From Chthoniobacterales bacterium (GTDB lineage: Bacteria > Verrucomicrobiota > Verrucomicrobiia > Chthoniobacterales > Chthoniobacteraceae), in NCBI GenBank assembly GCA_038207335.1, contig JBBQZX010000026.1, positions 22,217-86,216 on the forward strand: a stretch of DNA of 64,000 nt, written 5' to 3'. How positions within the stretch are numbered: the stretch's first letter is position 1; the number at the start of each line of letters is the position of its first letter. A program made the translations under genes and the position numbers. This document shows, in pieces, positions 37,836 to 47,365 of the stretch. The notes beneath the pieces were generated by a model, which did not search any database, was not told the DNA's origin, and saw only the letters and a program-made list of their open reading frames with translations.

Positions 37836-38816
37836 TCATTTCTGCTCCGCCAAAGGCTTGTATGTGAGGCGTTTGCCTTCGACTTTTTTCAGTCCGGCAA
37901 CCGTGCGCTCTCCGTCTGAAACCTTGCGGTGATTCCAGCGGAAATCGAATTCTGCAACGTATTTCGGCAGGTGCTTTTTGGAAATGTGGTGGAAATTTCC
38001 GGCGATTCCACGCCGCAAAAGGCTGAATGAGCTTTCCGCGTAGTTTGTCGTGACAACCTCGCCGTCCGCCTCGATGCGGTGATACTCTCGCTTGCCGCGC
38101 AGCTTTGCGTGACGCACTGACTTGTGGACGAACTCTTTCGGTAAATTGATGTATGGCCGACTCTCATCGGTGTTGACCGTCGATCCCGCTTCGACGTGAT
38201 CTTGCACGGCTTTGTGCAATCCCTTGGCCGTTACTCGGTCAAGAACGACGGTTCGCCGGGTTCCAGTGGAACGCTCCACAAGCGCCACAACGCATGATTT
38301 TTCGGCGTGCGCTCCCGGACCGCGAAACTTCGCTTTTGTGCCGATATAGCACTCATCGACCTCGACGATTCCCGAGAGTTTGCCCTCGAAAATTGGATCG
38401 GTCATTGCGTGCCGAATCCGATGCGACATGAACCACGCTGTTTTGTAGCTTCCGAGACCAAGATGCCGTTGAAGCTGCTTTGCGCTCATGCCTTTTTTTG
38501 CGCCGCAAATCAGATACCAAGCAACAAGCCAGATGTTGAGCGGCACATGCGAATCCTCGAAAATCGTGCCGACCGTCACGCGGAATTGTTTCGTGCATTG
38601 AGCGCATTGCCGAATCCCGACGCGGATTTTTTTTGCCGGATTTGATTTGAGATTCCAAAAGAGAAGCTGATCACTGTTTCCGCAATGAGGGCACACGACG
38701 CCATTCTCCCACCGAATCGACTCCAAATATTTGATCGCCGTCTCTTCTGTGGAGAAGCGCAACATGATTTGCGGGAGCGTCAAATCCTCTGGCGTTGGAA
38801 GCAATTTCGTCTTCAT
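37836..38816 (-). CDS. IS1595-family DDE transposase with N-terminal zinc ribbon
   Basis: RWENGVVCPHC...CAQC, GTIFEDSH.PL, YKTAWFM.HRIR, VEVDECYIG, TDE, TNYAESSFSLLRR, EFDFRWNHR. Confidence 0.95.
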   Translation of the reverse strand: MKTKLLPTPEDLTLPQIMLRFSTEETAIKYLESIRWENGVVCPHCGNSDQLLFWNLKSNPAKKIRVGIRQCAQCTKQFRVTVGTIFEDSHVPLNIWLVAWYLICGAKKGMSAKQLQRHLGLGSYKTAWFMSHRIRHAMTDPIFEGKLSGIVEVDECYIGTKAKFRGPGAHAEKSCVVALVERSTGTRRTVVLDRVTAKGLHKAVQDHVEAGSTVNTDESRPYINLPKEFVHKSVRHAKLRGKREYHRIEADGEVVTTNYAESSFSLLRRGIAGNFHHISKKHLPKYVAEFDFRWNHRKVSDGERTVAGLKKVEGKRLTYKPLAEQK

Positions 38817-38845
38817 GGAATCAAAATTCCATTTCTCTCAACATT

Positions 38846-38851
38846 TGTCAA
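38846..38851 (-). promoter_or_regulatory. Consensus -35 hexamer (TTGACA) in the IR upstream of the transposase
   Basis: Present only in this IR (the other reads TTCACA), about 30 bp upstream of ATG 38816; matching -10 is poor. Confidence 0.35.
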
Positions 38852-38998
38852 GGGGATAATCGCGGCGGTTTTGCAACGGTACGGCTGTAAGGGCAGAAAT
38901 CTGACACGACAACCGCACCAACACTCCTATTTCGTCATTTTTTCCCAAAAAAGCTGGCGAACCCGTGTGGTTTGATGTGCGCTATTTAGCCCCTTAAC

Positions 38999-39325
38999 GT
39001 GCGGGGAGCGGTGCTGTTGGCGCTGCCGATTGGATATGCTCGCGTATGTCTCGCGATACATCGGGCGAGTATGCTTAACGCCCCGTATGTGCATTTCTTT
39101 TATGTCTTCGGAGCGATGGAATGCTTCGTCTTCATCGACCCGATAACTGCGTCGCCTATCGGTGCGATTTTGTCGATCATTCCTTTGATTGTGGGGCCGC
39201 TAGTGATCTTAGCGAGTTCCTGCGTGATCTTCCGGCGGCACCGGAATTCCCGGTTTCACTCCGTTGCATTTTGGTGGGGAATGGCCTTATTTCACGATGT
39301 CCCTTCTGGAGGACCATGGCGCGTC
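38999..39325 (+). pseudogene. Probable decayed small membrane-protein gene
   Basis: Lower-GC stretch encoding hydrophobic segments; the ORF has no stop before running antisense through the cupin gene. Confidence 0.3.
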
Positions 39326-39328
39326 CTT

Positions 39329-39682
39329 TTACTCGAAGTAGGTGTCCTCGTGGCTGTAGGGCGGGGCGCAGGGACAGAGGAAGCGGAGGGGGGTGGTGGC
39401 GGTGATGGTGTGCCGGGCGCCGGGCGGGATGAGGATGGCGTCGCCCGGGACGACGGGGCGGTGTTCGCCGTCGAGCTCCATGGTGCCGGTGCCGCTGAGG
39501 AGGAAGTAGATTTCCTCGCTAAGCCGGTGGTAGTGCCGCTGTGTGGATGCGCCGGCGGGGAGGGTGGCCTCGGCAAGGCTCTGGTGGGCGACGGGCGCGT
39601 TGGTGTGGTCGAGGATGCTGCGGATGGTGGACCCATCGGCGGTGGTGAAGGGCGCCTGCTGGTCGATGAGGCGGATGGTCAT
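39329..39682 (-). CDS. Cupin domain protein
   Basis: SLAEATLP, HYH..SEEIY, PGDAILIPPG.RH, CAPPYSHEDT. Confidence 0.9.
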   Translation of the reverse strand: MTIRLIDQQAPFTTADGSTIRSILDHTNAPVAHQSLAEATLPAGASTQRHYHRLSEEIYFLLSGTGTMELDGEHRPVVPGDAILIPPGARHTITATTPLRFLCPCAPPYSHEDTYFE

Positions 39683-39726
39683 GGGAAGGCGCGTGATTTT
39701 CGACGGAGCTCGGGGTGGGCGGGACC

Positions 39727-39751
39727 GACACGCGGGACGCGTTGCGCTACC
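39727..39751 (-). repeat. GTAG-type REP-like half element
   Basis: Minus strand GGTAGCGCAACGCGTCCCGCGTGTC: GTAG foot followed by short palindrome ACGCG-TCC-CGCGT; intergenic. Confidence 0.45.
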
Positions 39752-39778
39752 GGAATTCCGCGGCTTGCACTATTAGGC

Positions 39779-40543
39779 TCACCGCGTGGGCGAGTAGTCG
39801 GTGGGCTTGAGGAAGAGGGATTTGACGCCGTCGGGGAGGGTGAGTGAGCCGCCGCCTTTTTGCTCGGAGGCGGCTTTGGCGGCGATCCAGTCGGAGTCGG
39901 CGCGGAAGTCGGCCCAGGATTTTGTGGCGGCATCGGCGCTGGCGTGGGCGATCATGTAAACGAGGGTGTCGGCGGCGGCGGGCTGGCCGGGGAGGAGCTG
40001 CCAGTAGAAGAGGTTGGTGATGCCGTGCTTCGCGAAGAGGGACATGGTGTGGTCGCGGAAACGGGCGTGGAGGAGGGGGAGGTTGTTCGGCGTGGTGGTG
40101 TAGATGCGGCGCTCGAAGACGCGATCTTCACCGGGTTTGGAGGGCTTGATCTCAGGCGAGAAGTCGGTCGCTGACATGAAGAGCTGATCGACTTTGGTGA
40201 CGAGCTTTCCACTGACCTCGGATGCGCTCTGGGCCTGCTTCCAGTCGGGGTCGGACATGAAGGCTTTCCATGAGACATCGCGCGCTTCGCGGCTGGGGTA
40301 GGCGAGGACGTAGATGAGGACGTTGTCGGTGTTCTCGATAGGGACCCAGTAGCCGATGTTGGTGATGCCGTGCTTTTCAAAGAGCGCCATCGTGTGGTCG
40401 CGGAAGCGGGCGTGGAGGGCATCGAGCTTGCCCTCGGCGGCGTGGTAGGTGCGCATTTCAAAGACGCGTGTGTCTTTGTCGGCGGCGACGAGGGAGGCGG
40501 TCGCGGTGAGGAGCAGGGCGGCGAGCAGGGCGAGGGATTTCAT
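39779..40543 (-). CDS. Secreted tandem NIPSNAP family protein
   Basis: Two repeats of FE.R.Y...LHARFRDHTM.LF.KHGI...YW; ends PTDYSP. Confidence 0.9.
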   Translation of the reverse strand: MKSLALLAALLLTATASLVAADKDTRVFEMRTYHAAEGKLDALHARFRDHTMALFEKHGITNIGYWVPIENTDNVLIYVLAYPSREARDVSWKAFMSDPDWKQAQSASEVSGKLVTKVDQLFMSATDFSPEIKPSKPGEDRVFERRIYTTTPNNLPLLHARFRDHTMSLFAKHGITNLFYWQLLPGQPAAADTLVYMIAHASADAATKSWADFRADSDWIAAKAASEQKGGGSLTLPDGVKSLFLKPTDYSPTR

Positions 40544-40617
40544 CGCCGTGATGATGCACGCCGGGCGCGGGCGAGGGAAGCGCCGCGGAGGGGAAAGGGA
40601 GGCGGAGCTTTACGGGC

Positions 40618-40959
40618 TCAGTCGAACCACTCGTCGGTGGGGTCGAATGCGGGGATGGGGATGTTGAGGACTTTCAACTTTCCAATGGCGCGGTGACGGC
40701 AGCCGGGCTGGATCATGATGGAGGTGAGGGGGCGCACGGGGATCATCTCGCCATCGAGCTCGAGGAAGCCTTCGCCTTCGAGGATGACGTAGAATTCGGT
40801 GAGCTTTTTGTGGTAGTGGGCGCGGGCGTCTTCGGCGATTTCGACGAGGTGGACGGTGGCGAGCGGATTCTCGGGAGTGGCGAATCCGCGGCGGCTCCAG
40901 CCGCAGGGACAGCGCACGGGATCGAGGGTGTCAAGCTGAGTGACGGTGTACGGTTTCAT
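40618..40959 (-). CDS. Cupin domain protein
   Basis: CPCG.SRR, HYHKKLTEFY, IQPGCRHRA, DEWFD. Confidence 0.88.
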   Translation of the reverse strand: MKPYTVTQLDTLDPVRCPCGWSRRGFATPENPLATVHLVEIAEDARAHYHKKLTEFYVILEGEGFLELDGEMIPVRPLTSIMIQPGCRHRAIGKLKVLNIPIPAFDPTDEWFD

Positions 40960-42977
40960 GGTGAAGTTTGGACGGCGGCGGGAGCGCGGGAATTCAGGTG
41001 CTGGATTTTCGGGAAGGTGCGGAGAGCGTGTTGGAGTGCGGCGGGTGGCGCCGGAGCGGGAGAGTAGCGGAGTTGAATATAGAGATGCGCGATTTTGCGA
41101 ATGGAATCGGCGTGGAGCGGGAGTGCGGTCGCGGCGCGGATGGAGAAGTCGAGGGGGCCTTCGCCGGGCGCGCGCGTGAGTCCTGCGGAGGCGAGCTTTT
41201 TACAAAAACGAGCATAGGCCCGCGCCGCGGCATCGGTGGAGGAGCGCGCGGGCAGGCGAAGCCAGAGCGCGATCGCGGCGAGGAAGCAAACGACGCCGAG
41301 CCCGCACCAGAGCAGGATCGCGGGCCAGTCGCGATCGGTGAAGCCGAGGAGGCCGAGGAAGCTGCGCTGGCTTTCGTCGTCGAAGTTCAGGACGTGGAGA
41401 TCCCATTGGTAGTTCAGGTTGTCCCATGTGAGCCGCAATGCGTTCAGAATCGCGCCGAGGCCGGGGGTGCGCGCGGCGAGATTCGGCGGGACGGCGGCGC
41501 TCGCGGGATGCGATTGGAGGAAGGATTCCATGCCTTCATTGAGGCGGTCGGGGGCGATTTGATTGAGCGCATCGATGCGCAACCAGCCTTCGCCGTTTCG
41601 CCAAACTTCGCACCATGCGTGGGCGGCGGACTGGCGGACGATGAGGTAGCTGCCCGCGACTTCGCCGCCGTGGTAGCCGATGACGATGCGCGACGGAATG
41701 CCGCCGAGCCGCATGAGCGTGGCAAACGCAGCGGCGTAGTGCTCGCAGAAGCCGGTGCGATTTTGGAAAAGGAAATCATCGAGCGACTCGCTGCGGCGGC
41801 TGCCGGGCGCGAGGGTGTAGGTGAAATCATGGTCCCGAAAATAGGCGAGACCGGCGCGGATGAATGTGGCGTCGTCGGGTGAATGTGCGCGCCAATCGGC
41901 GACGAGCGCGGCGAGCCGCGGGGAGACTATGGTGGGGCGCTGGAGCGCGGCACGGCGCTGCTCGGGGAAGAGCCCGGCCTCGTGATTTTCGGACCGTGAA
42001 GTCACTTCATAATAGAGCGAAGTGAGGATCGGTTTTTTGCTCTGCAAATAACCGCCCGGCTCGAAACTCATGTGCGCATCGCGTGTCGCGGGCCGATCGA
42101 GCGCGAAGATCCAGTGCGCGCCGTGCGGCTGGAGGACGATCTGCTGGCGGATCGGCGCGCCTTTCAACCGACCGGCAATGGGCTCCGCACGAGTGAGATT
42201 TCCACGCGTCCAGACGAGCCCTTCACCGTGCCAGAGGACTCCACCGCGCCAGTAAAGGTCGGAGATCGGAGGGGTATTTCCGTCTGGGAATGTGACGCGG
42301 AATGCCGGCTCGGGATTCATGGCGAGCGAGGCGACGCTGCCGGGCTCGATGTGGTCGCTCATGCCGGTTTCGTTGCCGAGACCGCGGCTGAAGGTGAACC
42401 CGACGCCACCGTAGATGCGCGGGAAAAAGAGGAAGAGCAGGAGAACGATCGGGAGTGCCTGCAGCATGAGCGTGGCGGCGAGGCGCGCGGCTTTTAGAAA
42501 TCCGCCCCGGCTCTCGCCACGGTGAAATCGGATGAGTGCGGCGATGAGAACGAGGCAGACGACGGCGGTGTAAAGCCAGACTTGGAAATCCTGCGCGAAG
42601 AAAAGTCCGCACAATCCGAGAAACCATCCGAGCAGGATGAGGACTTGGAAATCGCGAACGGTATTGGTCTCGAGGAGCTTTAGGGAGATGAGCAAAAGCA
42701 GGATGCCGAGCCCGGGCTCGATGCCGAGCATGGTGCCGTATGTGAGCGCGATGCCGGCGAGGCCGGCGCCGAGAACGAGGATTTTCACCGGCAGCGACGG
42801 AAGCGTGAGGTGGCGACGGTTGACGACGAGGCGCGCGAAAATCGCGACACCAAAAAGCGCGAGAGACCACGGTGCGACTTTGTCCGCGAGAGGGAGCGCG
42901 GCGAGGACGAGTCCGGCGCAGACGCCGAGCATCGGGGTCATTTCGATGAGGCTGCGGGGGGAGCGAGCGGGCTTCAT
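40956..42977 (-). CDS. DUF3488/transglutaminase-like membrane protein (TgpA-like)
   Basis: N-terminal TMs, LYWRG, GFCEHYAAAF, AHAWCEVW, DUF4129-like C-terminus. Confidence 0.9.
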   Translation of the reverse strand: MKPARSPRSLIEMTPMLGVCAGLVLAALPLADKVAPWSLALFGVAIFARLVVNRRHLTLPSLPVKILVLGAGLAGIALTYGTMLGIEPGLGILLLLISLKLLETNTVRDFQVLILLGWFLGLCGLFFAQDFQVWLYTAVVCLVLIAALIRFHRGESRGGFLKAARLAATLMLQALPIVLLLFLFFPRIYGGVGFTFSRGLGNETGMSDHIEPGSVASLAMNPEPAFRVTFPDGNTPPISDLYWRGGVLWHGEGLVWTRGNLTRAEPIAGRLKGAPIRQQIVLQPHGAHWIFALDRPATRDAHMSFEPGGYLQSKKPILTSLYYEVTSRSENHEAGLFPEQRRAALQRPTIVSPRLAALVADWRAHSPDDATFIRAGLAYFRDHDFTYTLAPGSRRSESLDDFLFQNRTGFCEHYAAAFATLMRLGGIPSRIVIGYHGGEVAGSYLIVRQSAAHAWCEVWRNGEGWLRIDALNQIAPDRLNEGMESFLQSHPASAAVPPNLAARTPGLGAILNALRLTWDNLNYQWDLHVLNFDDESQRSFLGLLGFTDRDWPAILLWCGLGVVCFLAAIALWLRLPARSSTDAAARAYARFCKKLASAGLTRAPGEGPLDFSIRAATALPLHADSIRKIAHLYIQLRYSPAPAPPAALQHALRTFPKIQHLNSRAPAAVQTSP

Positions 42978-43843
42978 GGGGGCTCCTTTTCAAATGTCGC
43001 GAGAGCGCGGAGGCATTCGTGAAAATGGGCTTCGTCGCGAGCCGCGGAGATGGTGCGAGAGCCGAGGCGCAGGCTGTAGGTCGCGCCGCGCCGCTGGGCC
43101 ACGACGATCCAACGTGCGAGTTGGCTGAGACGCGCCTCCCAAGCGAGATGCGCCAGGTCGTGCCAGTCGAAGATCAAGGTTTCATCGGCATCACCGGCCC
43201 ATTGCTTCACCAGCAGGGGCTGGCCGCGCGCAGCGGCTTTCCAGTCAATGTGGCGCTGCGATTCGCCGAGGCGGTAGCCACGCGTGCCTGCAAAATCGTC
43301 GCCTTCCACACGCAATCCATCGCGGAGCTGAAGTGCGGGATCGTGCGAGATGGGAAGGGGCAGCACACCCTCGGGCTTCGGATAAATGAAGTGCGGCTGA
43401 ACGACGGCAACATTTCGCAACGCGGTGAAAAAGCCGAGCGGGTAGAGCGTGCTCAGCTCTAAATTCAAGCCGGGAAGCAGGCCGCGCTCGATAGCGGGAA
43501 GATGCAGCTCCGCGGTCTGCATGAGCCCGGGTCGAACCTCGTCGAACGCTGTGCTGGAGCGGCTCCCGCGCGATTTGATCCTCAGCCCCGGATGGCTGCG
43601 CCGCTTGTGCGTGCGGGCGCGAAGCCGCACGCGAATTTCCTCGCCGGCAAAAACCGGCGCGATGGCTTCCGCAGTGATCGTGATCCCCCGCACGTTGCTC
43701 CACGCGTGGACAATCGATACCGCTGCCAAGCCCGCGAGCACGAAGCCGAGCAGGTATGCCGCCGCATTTCCCTGGCTCGCGCCCGCATACCACATGGCCG
43801 CGAGCAGCGCCGCGAGGCCGATGGTGTTGCGGTTGGGAAGCAT
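42974..43843 (-). CDS. DUF58 domain protein
   Basis: YPLGFF, DFAGTRGYRLGES.RHIDWKA.AR; lies between MoxR and the transglutaminase. Confidence 0.88.
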   Translation of the reverse strand: MLPNRNTIGLAALLAAMWYAGASQGNAAAYLLGFVLAGLAAVSIVHAWSNVRGITITAEAIAPVFAGEEIRVRLRARTHKRRSHPGLRIKSRGSRSSTAFDEVRPGLMQTAELHLPAIERGLLPGLNLELSTLYPLGFFTALRNVAVVQPHFIYPKPEGVLPLPISHDPALQLRDGLRVEGDDFAGTRGYRLGESQRHIDWKAAARGQPLLVKQWAGDADETLIFDWHDLAHLAWEARLSQLARWIVVAQRRGATYSLRLGSRTISAARDEAHFHECLRALATFEKEPP

Positions 43844-43850
43844 CGGGAAC

Positions 43851-43926
43851 TGGAGAGTTTCAGTTGAGTGTCGAGAGACTCGGGACCGCATTCTTTCTCT
43901 CAACTCTCAACGCAAAACTCTCAACT
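43851..43926. repeat. Inverted arrays of heptamer repeats (CTCTCAA/TTGAGAG)
   Basis: Left TGGAGAG..TTGAGTG TCGAGAG; right CTCTCAA CTCTCAA CGCAAAA CTCTCAA; intergenic between moxR and DUF58. Confidence 0.65.
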
Positions 43927-43930
43927 TTCC

Positions 43931-44842
43931 TCATGGAACCGCGACCGTTTTCAGCAGGCTGCGAGCAAGGGCGCGGCCGGTTTCGCCGGAGGATTCCAGA
44001 TCTTCGCCGAGGCGGTGCGCCATGACAGCGATGGCGATGGCCTGGAGGTCTTCGGGGAGCACCATGTCGCGGCCCTGCATGAGCGCCCATGCCTGCGAGG
44101 CGCGCAGGAGCGCCAGTCCGGCGCGAGGCGAGAGGCCGGTGCGATGGCGCGCGCGGCTGGCATCGAGAAGGTCTTGCAAATAATCGAGCAGGGCAGGGGA
44201 GGCGTGGACCTCGCGGACCGCGCGCTGGACTTCCGCGAGGGAATCGGCGGTGAGCACGGGCTCGAGCTGGCGCAGAAGTTCGCGCCGGTCGAGACCGAGC
44301 AACATCGCGCGCTCGCTGGTGCGGTCGGGCACGCCGAGTTCGATGCGCATGAGGAAGCGGTCGAGCTGCGATTCCGGGAGCGGAAAGGTGCCGATCTGGT
44401 GCTGCGGATTTTGCGTCGCGAGCACGAAGAACGGCTCGGGCAGCGCGTGCGTGACGCCATCGACGGTGACGTGATTTTCCTCCATCGCCTCGAGCAAAGC
44501 GCTTTGCGTTTTCGGCGTCGCTCGATTCACCTCGTCGATGAGGACGACCTGCGAGAATAGCGGGCCTGAGTGGAAAACGAAGCGCTGCTGCTCGCGGTCG
44601 AAGATCGAATTGCCGACGATGTCGGCCGGAAGCAGATCGCTGGTGAATTGGATGCGGCGAAAGTCGAGCCCGAGCGAGCGCGCGATGGCGTGAGAAAGCG
44701 TCGTTTTTCCCACGCCCGGGATGTCCTCGATGAGCAAATGCCCGCGCGCCAGCAGGCATGCGATTGCGAGCTGAATGGCCTCGCTTTTGCCGACGATGAT
44801 TTCGCTGATTTGTGACGCGAGCGCCTCGATGCGTGTTTTCAA
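43931..44842 (-). CDS. moxR: MoxR-family AAA+ ATPase
   Basis: EDIPGVGKT, RIQFTSDLLP, DEVNRATPKTQSALLEAM, ATQNP, LPESQLDRF. Confidence 0.93.
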   Translation of the reverse strand: MKTRIEALASQISEIIVGKSEAIQLAIACLLARGHLLIEDIPGVGKTTLSHAIARSLGLDFRRIQFTSDLLPADIVGNSIFDREQQRFVFHSGPLFSQVVLIDEVNRATPKTQSALLEAMEENHVTVDGVTHALPEPFFVLATQNPQHQIGTFPLPESQLDRFLMRIELGVPDRTSERAMLLGLDRRELLRQLEPVLTADSLAEVQRAVREVHASPALLDYLQDLLDASRARHRTGLSPRAGLALLRASQAWALMQGRDMVLPEDLQAIAIAVMAHRLGEDLESSGETGRALARSLLKTVAVP

Positions 44843-45049
44843 AAGGGGTTGGGGAATTTCCAGTCGGATGCGGCAGGTGTCGAGCCGTAGAGCGGACAGA
44901 ATACTTGGATATCAAGATTTTCGCCTGCGAGGCACAAACTCTCACCGCGGAATTTGCTGCCGAATCGTTTAGACCATACAAAACTGCGTGGAGATTGAGT
45001 TCCGATCTCCATTACGCGAATGGATGGAAAGGCCAGAACGCTCACAAAC

Positions 45050-45844
45050 ATGAATCTTCAACTAGAAAACAAACTCGCGCTTGTGACCGGATCGACGGCA
45101 GGCATCGGCTTCGCAATTGCGAAAATGCTCGCCGGCGAGGGGGCCCGGGTGATCGTCAATGGTCGCACTTCCGAGCGCGTCGAGGAAGCGACGGAACGGA
45201 TACGCAGCGAACATCGCGAGGCGAAACTAGAACCGCTGGCGGTCGATCTCTCCACCGCGGAAGGCGTCGAGGAAACCGTGCGTCGCTATCCCGACGTGGA
45301 GGTGCTGGTGAACAATCTCGGCATCTTCGAACCGAAGCCTTTCGAGGAGATTCCGGATTCAGATTGGTTCCGCTTTTTCGACGTGAATGTGATGAGCGGC
45401 GTGCGCCTCAGTCGTGCGTTTCTTTCCAAAATGAAGGCGCGGGACTGGGGCCGAATCGTTTTCATTTCGAGCGAATCGGGCCTGCAAATCCCGCTCGAAA
45501 TGGTGCATTACGGCATGACCAAAACGGCGCAGATCGCCGTCGCGCGAGGGATCGCGGAGGGGTGCGCCGGGACAGGCGTGACCTGCAATGCCGTGCTGCC
45601 GGGGCCGACCGGTTCGGAGGGTGTGAAAGAGTTCATCGGCACGATGGCCGAACAGAGCGGTCAGAGCTTTGAGCAGACAGAAGATGAGTTTTTTAAGACC
45701 GCGCGTCCGACTTCACTCCTCAAGCGTTTCGCCACGCCGGATGAAGTCGCGGCGATGGTGGTGTTCGTTTGCAGCCCGCTCGCGTCGGCAACGAACGGTG
45801 CCGCGCTCCGAGTGGATGGTGGCGTTGTGAAATCGCCATTTTGA
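45050..45844 (+). CDS. SDR family oxidoreductase
   Basis: TGSTAGIG, NNLG, YGMTK, LRVDGG. Confidence 0.93.
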   Translation: MNLQLENKLALVTGSTAGIGFAIAKMLAGEGARVIVNGRTSERVEEATERIRSEHREAKLEPLAVDLSTAEGVEETVRRYPDVEVLVNNLGIFEPKPFEEIPDSDWFRFFDVNVMSGVRLSRAFLSKMKARDWGRIVFISSESGLQIPLEMVHYGMTKTAQIAVARGIAEGCAGTGVTCNAVLPGPTGSEGVKEFIGTMAEQSGQSFEQTEDEFFKTARPTSLLKRFATPDEVAAMVVFVCSPLASATNGAALRVDGGVVKSPF

Positions 45845-45961
45845 GCGACGCAAGAGAATGGTGATCCTCACCCGCGATTGAATCCCGCATCTGCGTTTTC
45901 CAAGGTCCCCCTGTCCATCGTCTTGCCGCCCTCGCGCGATGCGCTAACTTCCGCGGCCGAA

Positions 45962-47365
45962 ATGCCCAAAGTTTTCCTCAAGACGTACGGCTGCCAGATG
46001 AATGAACGCGACTCGGAGCAGGTCGCGCGGATGCTCGTGGAGCGGGGCTACGAGATGATTGGGCACGAGCGGGATGCCGATGTCGTGCTGCTGAATACGT
46101 GCAGCGTGCGCGACATGGCGGAGCAAAAGGCGCTCGGAAAAATGGGCCTGCTCGCGCGGATGCGTACTGGGAAGCCGGAGATGGTTTTCGGGCTGCTCGG
46201 CTGCATGGCGCAGAGCCGCGGCGCGGAGCTGGTGCGCGATCTCGGGCACGTGGATCTGGTCGTCGGCACGCAGAAATTTCACAAGGTCGCGGAGTACGTG
46301 GATGAGCTCGTGCGGCGACGGATCGCGGTGCGCGATCAGCTCATGGATGACGTGCGATTTTCCATAGTCGATGTGGCGGAGGAAGTGGGCTCGCAGGAGA
46401 CGATCCGCGAGCATCTGGTGCGCGCGCGGCAGGCCACGGCGTTCGTCTCGATCATGCAGGGGTGTAATATGCACTGCACGTTTTGCATCGTGCCGAGCAC
46501 GCGCGGGGCGGAGCGGTCGCGGCGCATCGGCGAGATCGTGAGCGAGGTGCGCGGGCTGGTGGAGCGCGGGGTGAAGGAGGTGACGCTGCTCGGGCAGATC
46601 GTGAATCTTTTCGGGCGGCACGAATTCGAGCACCTCGGCGGCAAAAGCCCATTCGTGCAGCTTCTTGAGGCGGTGCATGAGGTGGAGGGACTGGAAAGAT
46701 TGCGCTTCACGTCGCCGCACCCGATCGGGTTTCGCGCGGACCTCGTAAACGCTTTCGCCGAGCTTCCGAAGCTCATGCCGCACGTTCATTTGCCGATGCA
46801 GTCGGGCTCGAATCGCATCCTGAAAGCCATGCACCGCGCCTACACGGCGGAAAAATATCTCGCGCTCGTCGAGGCGCTGCGCGCGGCTCGGCCGGACATC
46901 GCGATCACCACGGATGTCATCGTGGGATTTCCGGGCGAGACCGATGCGGACTACGCCGCGACGCGTGCTCTCGTGGAGCGCATCGGGTTTGATAACGCGT
47001 TCATTTTTCGCTACTCGAAACGCCGTGACACGCCGGCCGCCGAGATGGCGGAACAGGTGAGCGAGGAGGTGAAAGAAGCGCGCAACCAAGACCTCCTGCG
47101 GGTCATCGACGCGTCGGCGATTTCAAAAGGCGAGGCGCTCGTGGGGCGGAGCGTCCAAGTCCTCTGCGAAGGTCCGAGCAAGACGAATCCTGACACGCTC
47201 ATGGGCCGCACGCCGGGGAACAAAATCGTGATATTCGAGGGCGAAGGGCCTCACATCGGGAAGCAGATCGACGTGCGAATCGAGCGCTCGAGCGGGTTCA
47301 GTCTTTACGGCAAAGTAGAGGCGAATGCCGTGGCACTTCGCGCTGAAGTTGGGGCTAATTTTTAG
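45962..47365 (+). CDS. miaB: tRNA-2-methylthio-N6-dimethylallyladenosine synthase
   Basis: TYGCQMN..DSE, NTCSVR, GCMAQ, radical SAM CNMHCTFC, C-terminal TRAM domain. Confidence 0.95.
   Translation: MPKVFLKTYGCQMNERDSEQVARMLVERGYEMIGHERDADVVLLNTCSVRDMAEQKALGKMGLLARMRTGKPEMVFGLLGCMAQSRGAELVRDLGHVDLVVGTQKFHKVAEYVDELVRRRIAVRDQLMDDVRFSIVDVAEEVGSQETIREHLVRARQATAFVSIMQGCNMHCTFCIVPSTRGAERSRRIGEIVSEVRGLVERGVKEVTLLGQIVNLFGRHEFEHLGGKSPFVQLLEAVHEVEGLERLRFTSPHPIGFRADLVNAFAELPKLMPHVHLPMQSGSNRILKAMHRAYTAEKYLALVEALRAARPDIAITTDVIVGFPGETDADYAATRALVERIGFDNAFIFRYSKRRDTPAAEMAEQVSEEVKEARNQDLLRVIDASAISKGEALVGRSVQVLCEGPSKTNPDTLMGRTPGNKIVIFEGEGPHIGKQIDVRIERSSGFSLYGKVEANAVALRAEVGANF

Larger units (their letters stand above)
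36713..38864 (-). mobile_element. Complete IS1595-family insertion sequence with cargo (transporter IS), 2152 bp
   Basis: 24-bp terminal IRs CGCGATTATCCCGTTCACAAATGT (36713-36736) and CGCGATTATCCCCTTGACAAATGT (38864-38841), 22/24 identical. 8-bp duplication GCGGTTTT at 36705-36712 and 38865-38872. Intact transposase; lower GC than flanks. Confidence 0.95.

Noticed and set aside
39326..39847. C-terminal part of the 282-aa ORF 38999..39847
   Set aside because: Antisense to the clear cupin and NIPSNAP genes.
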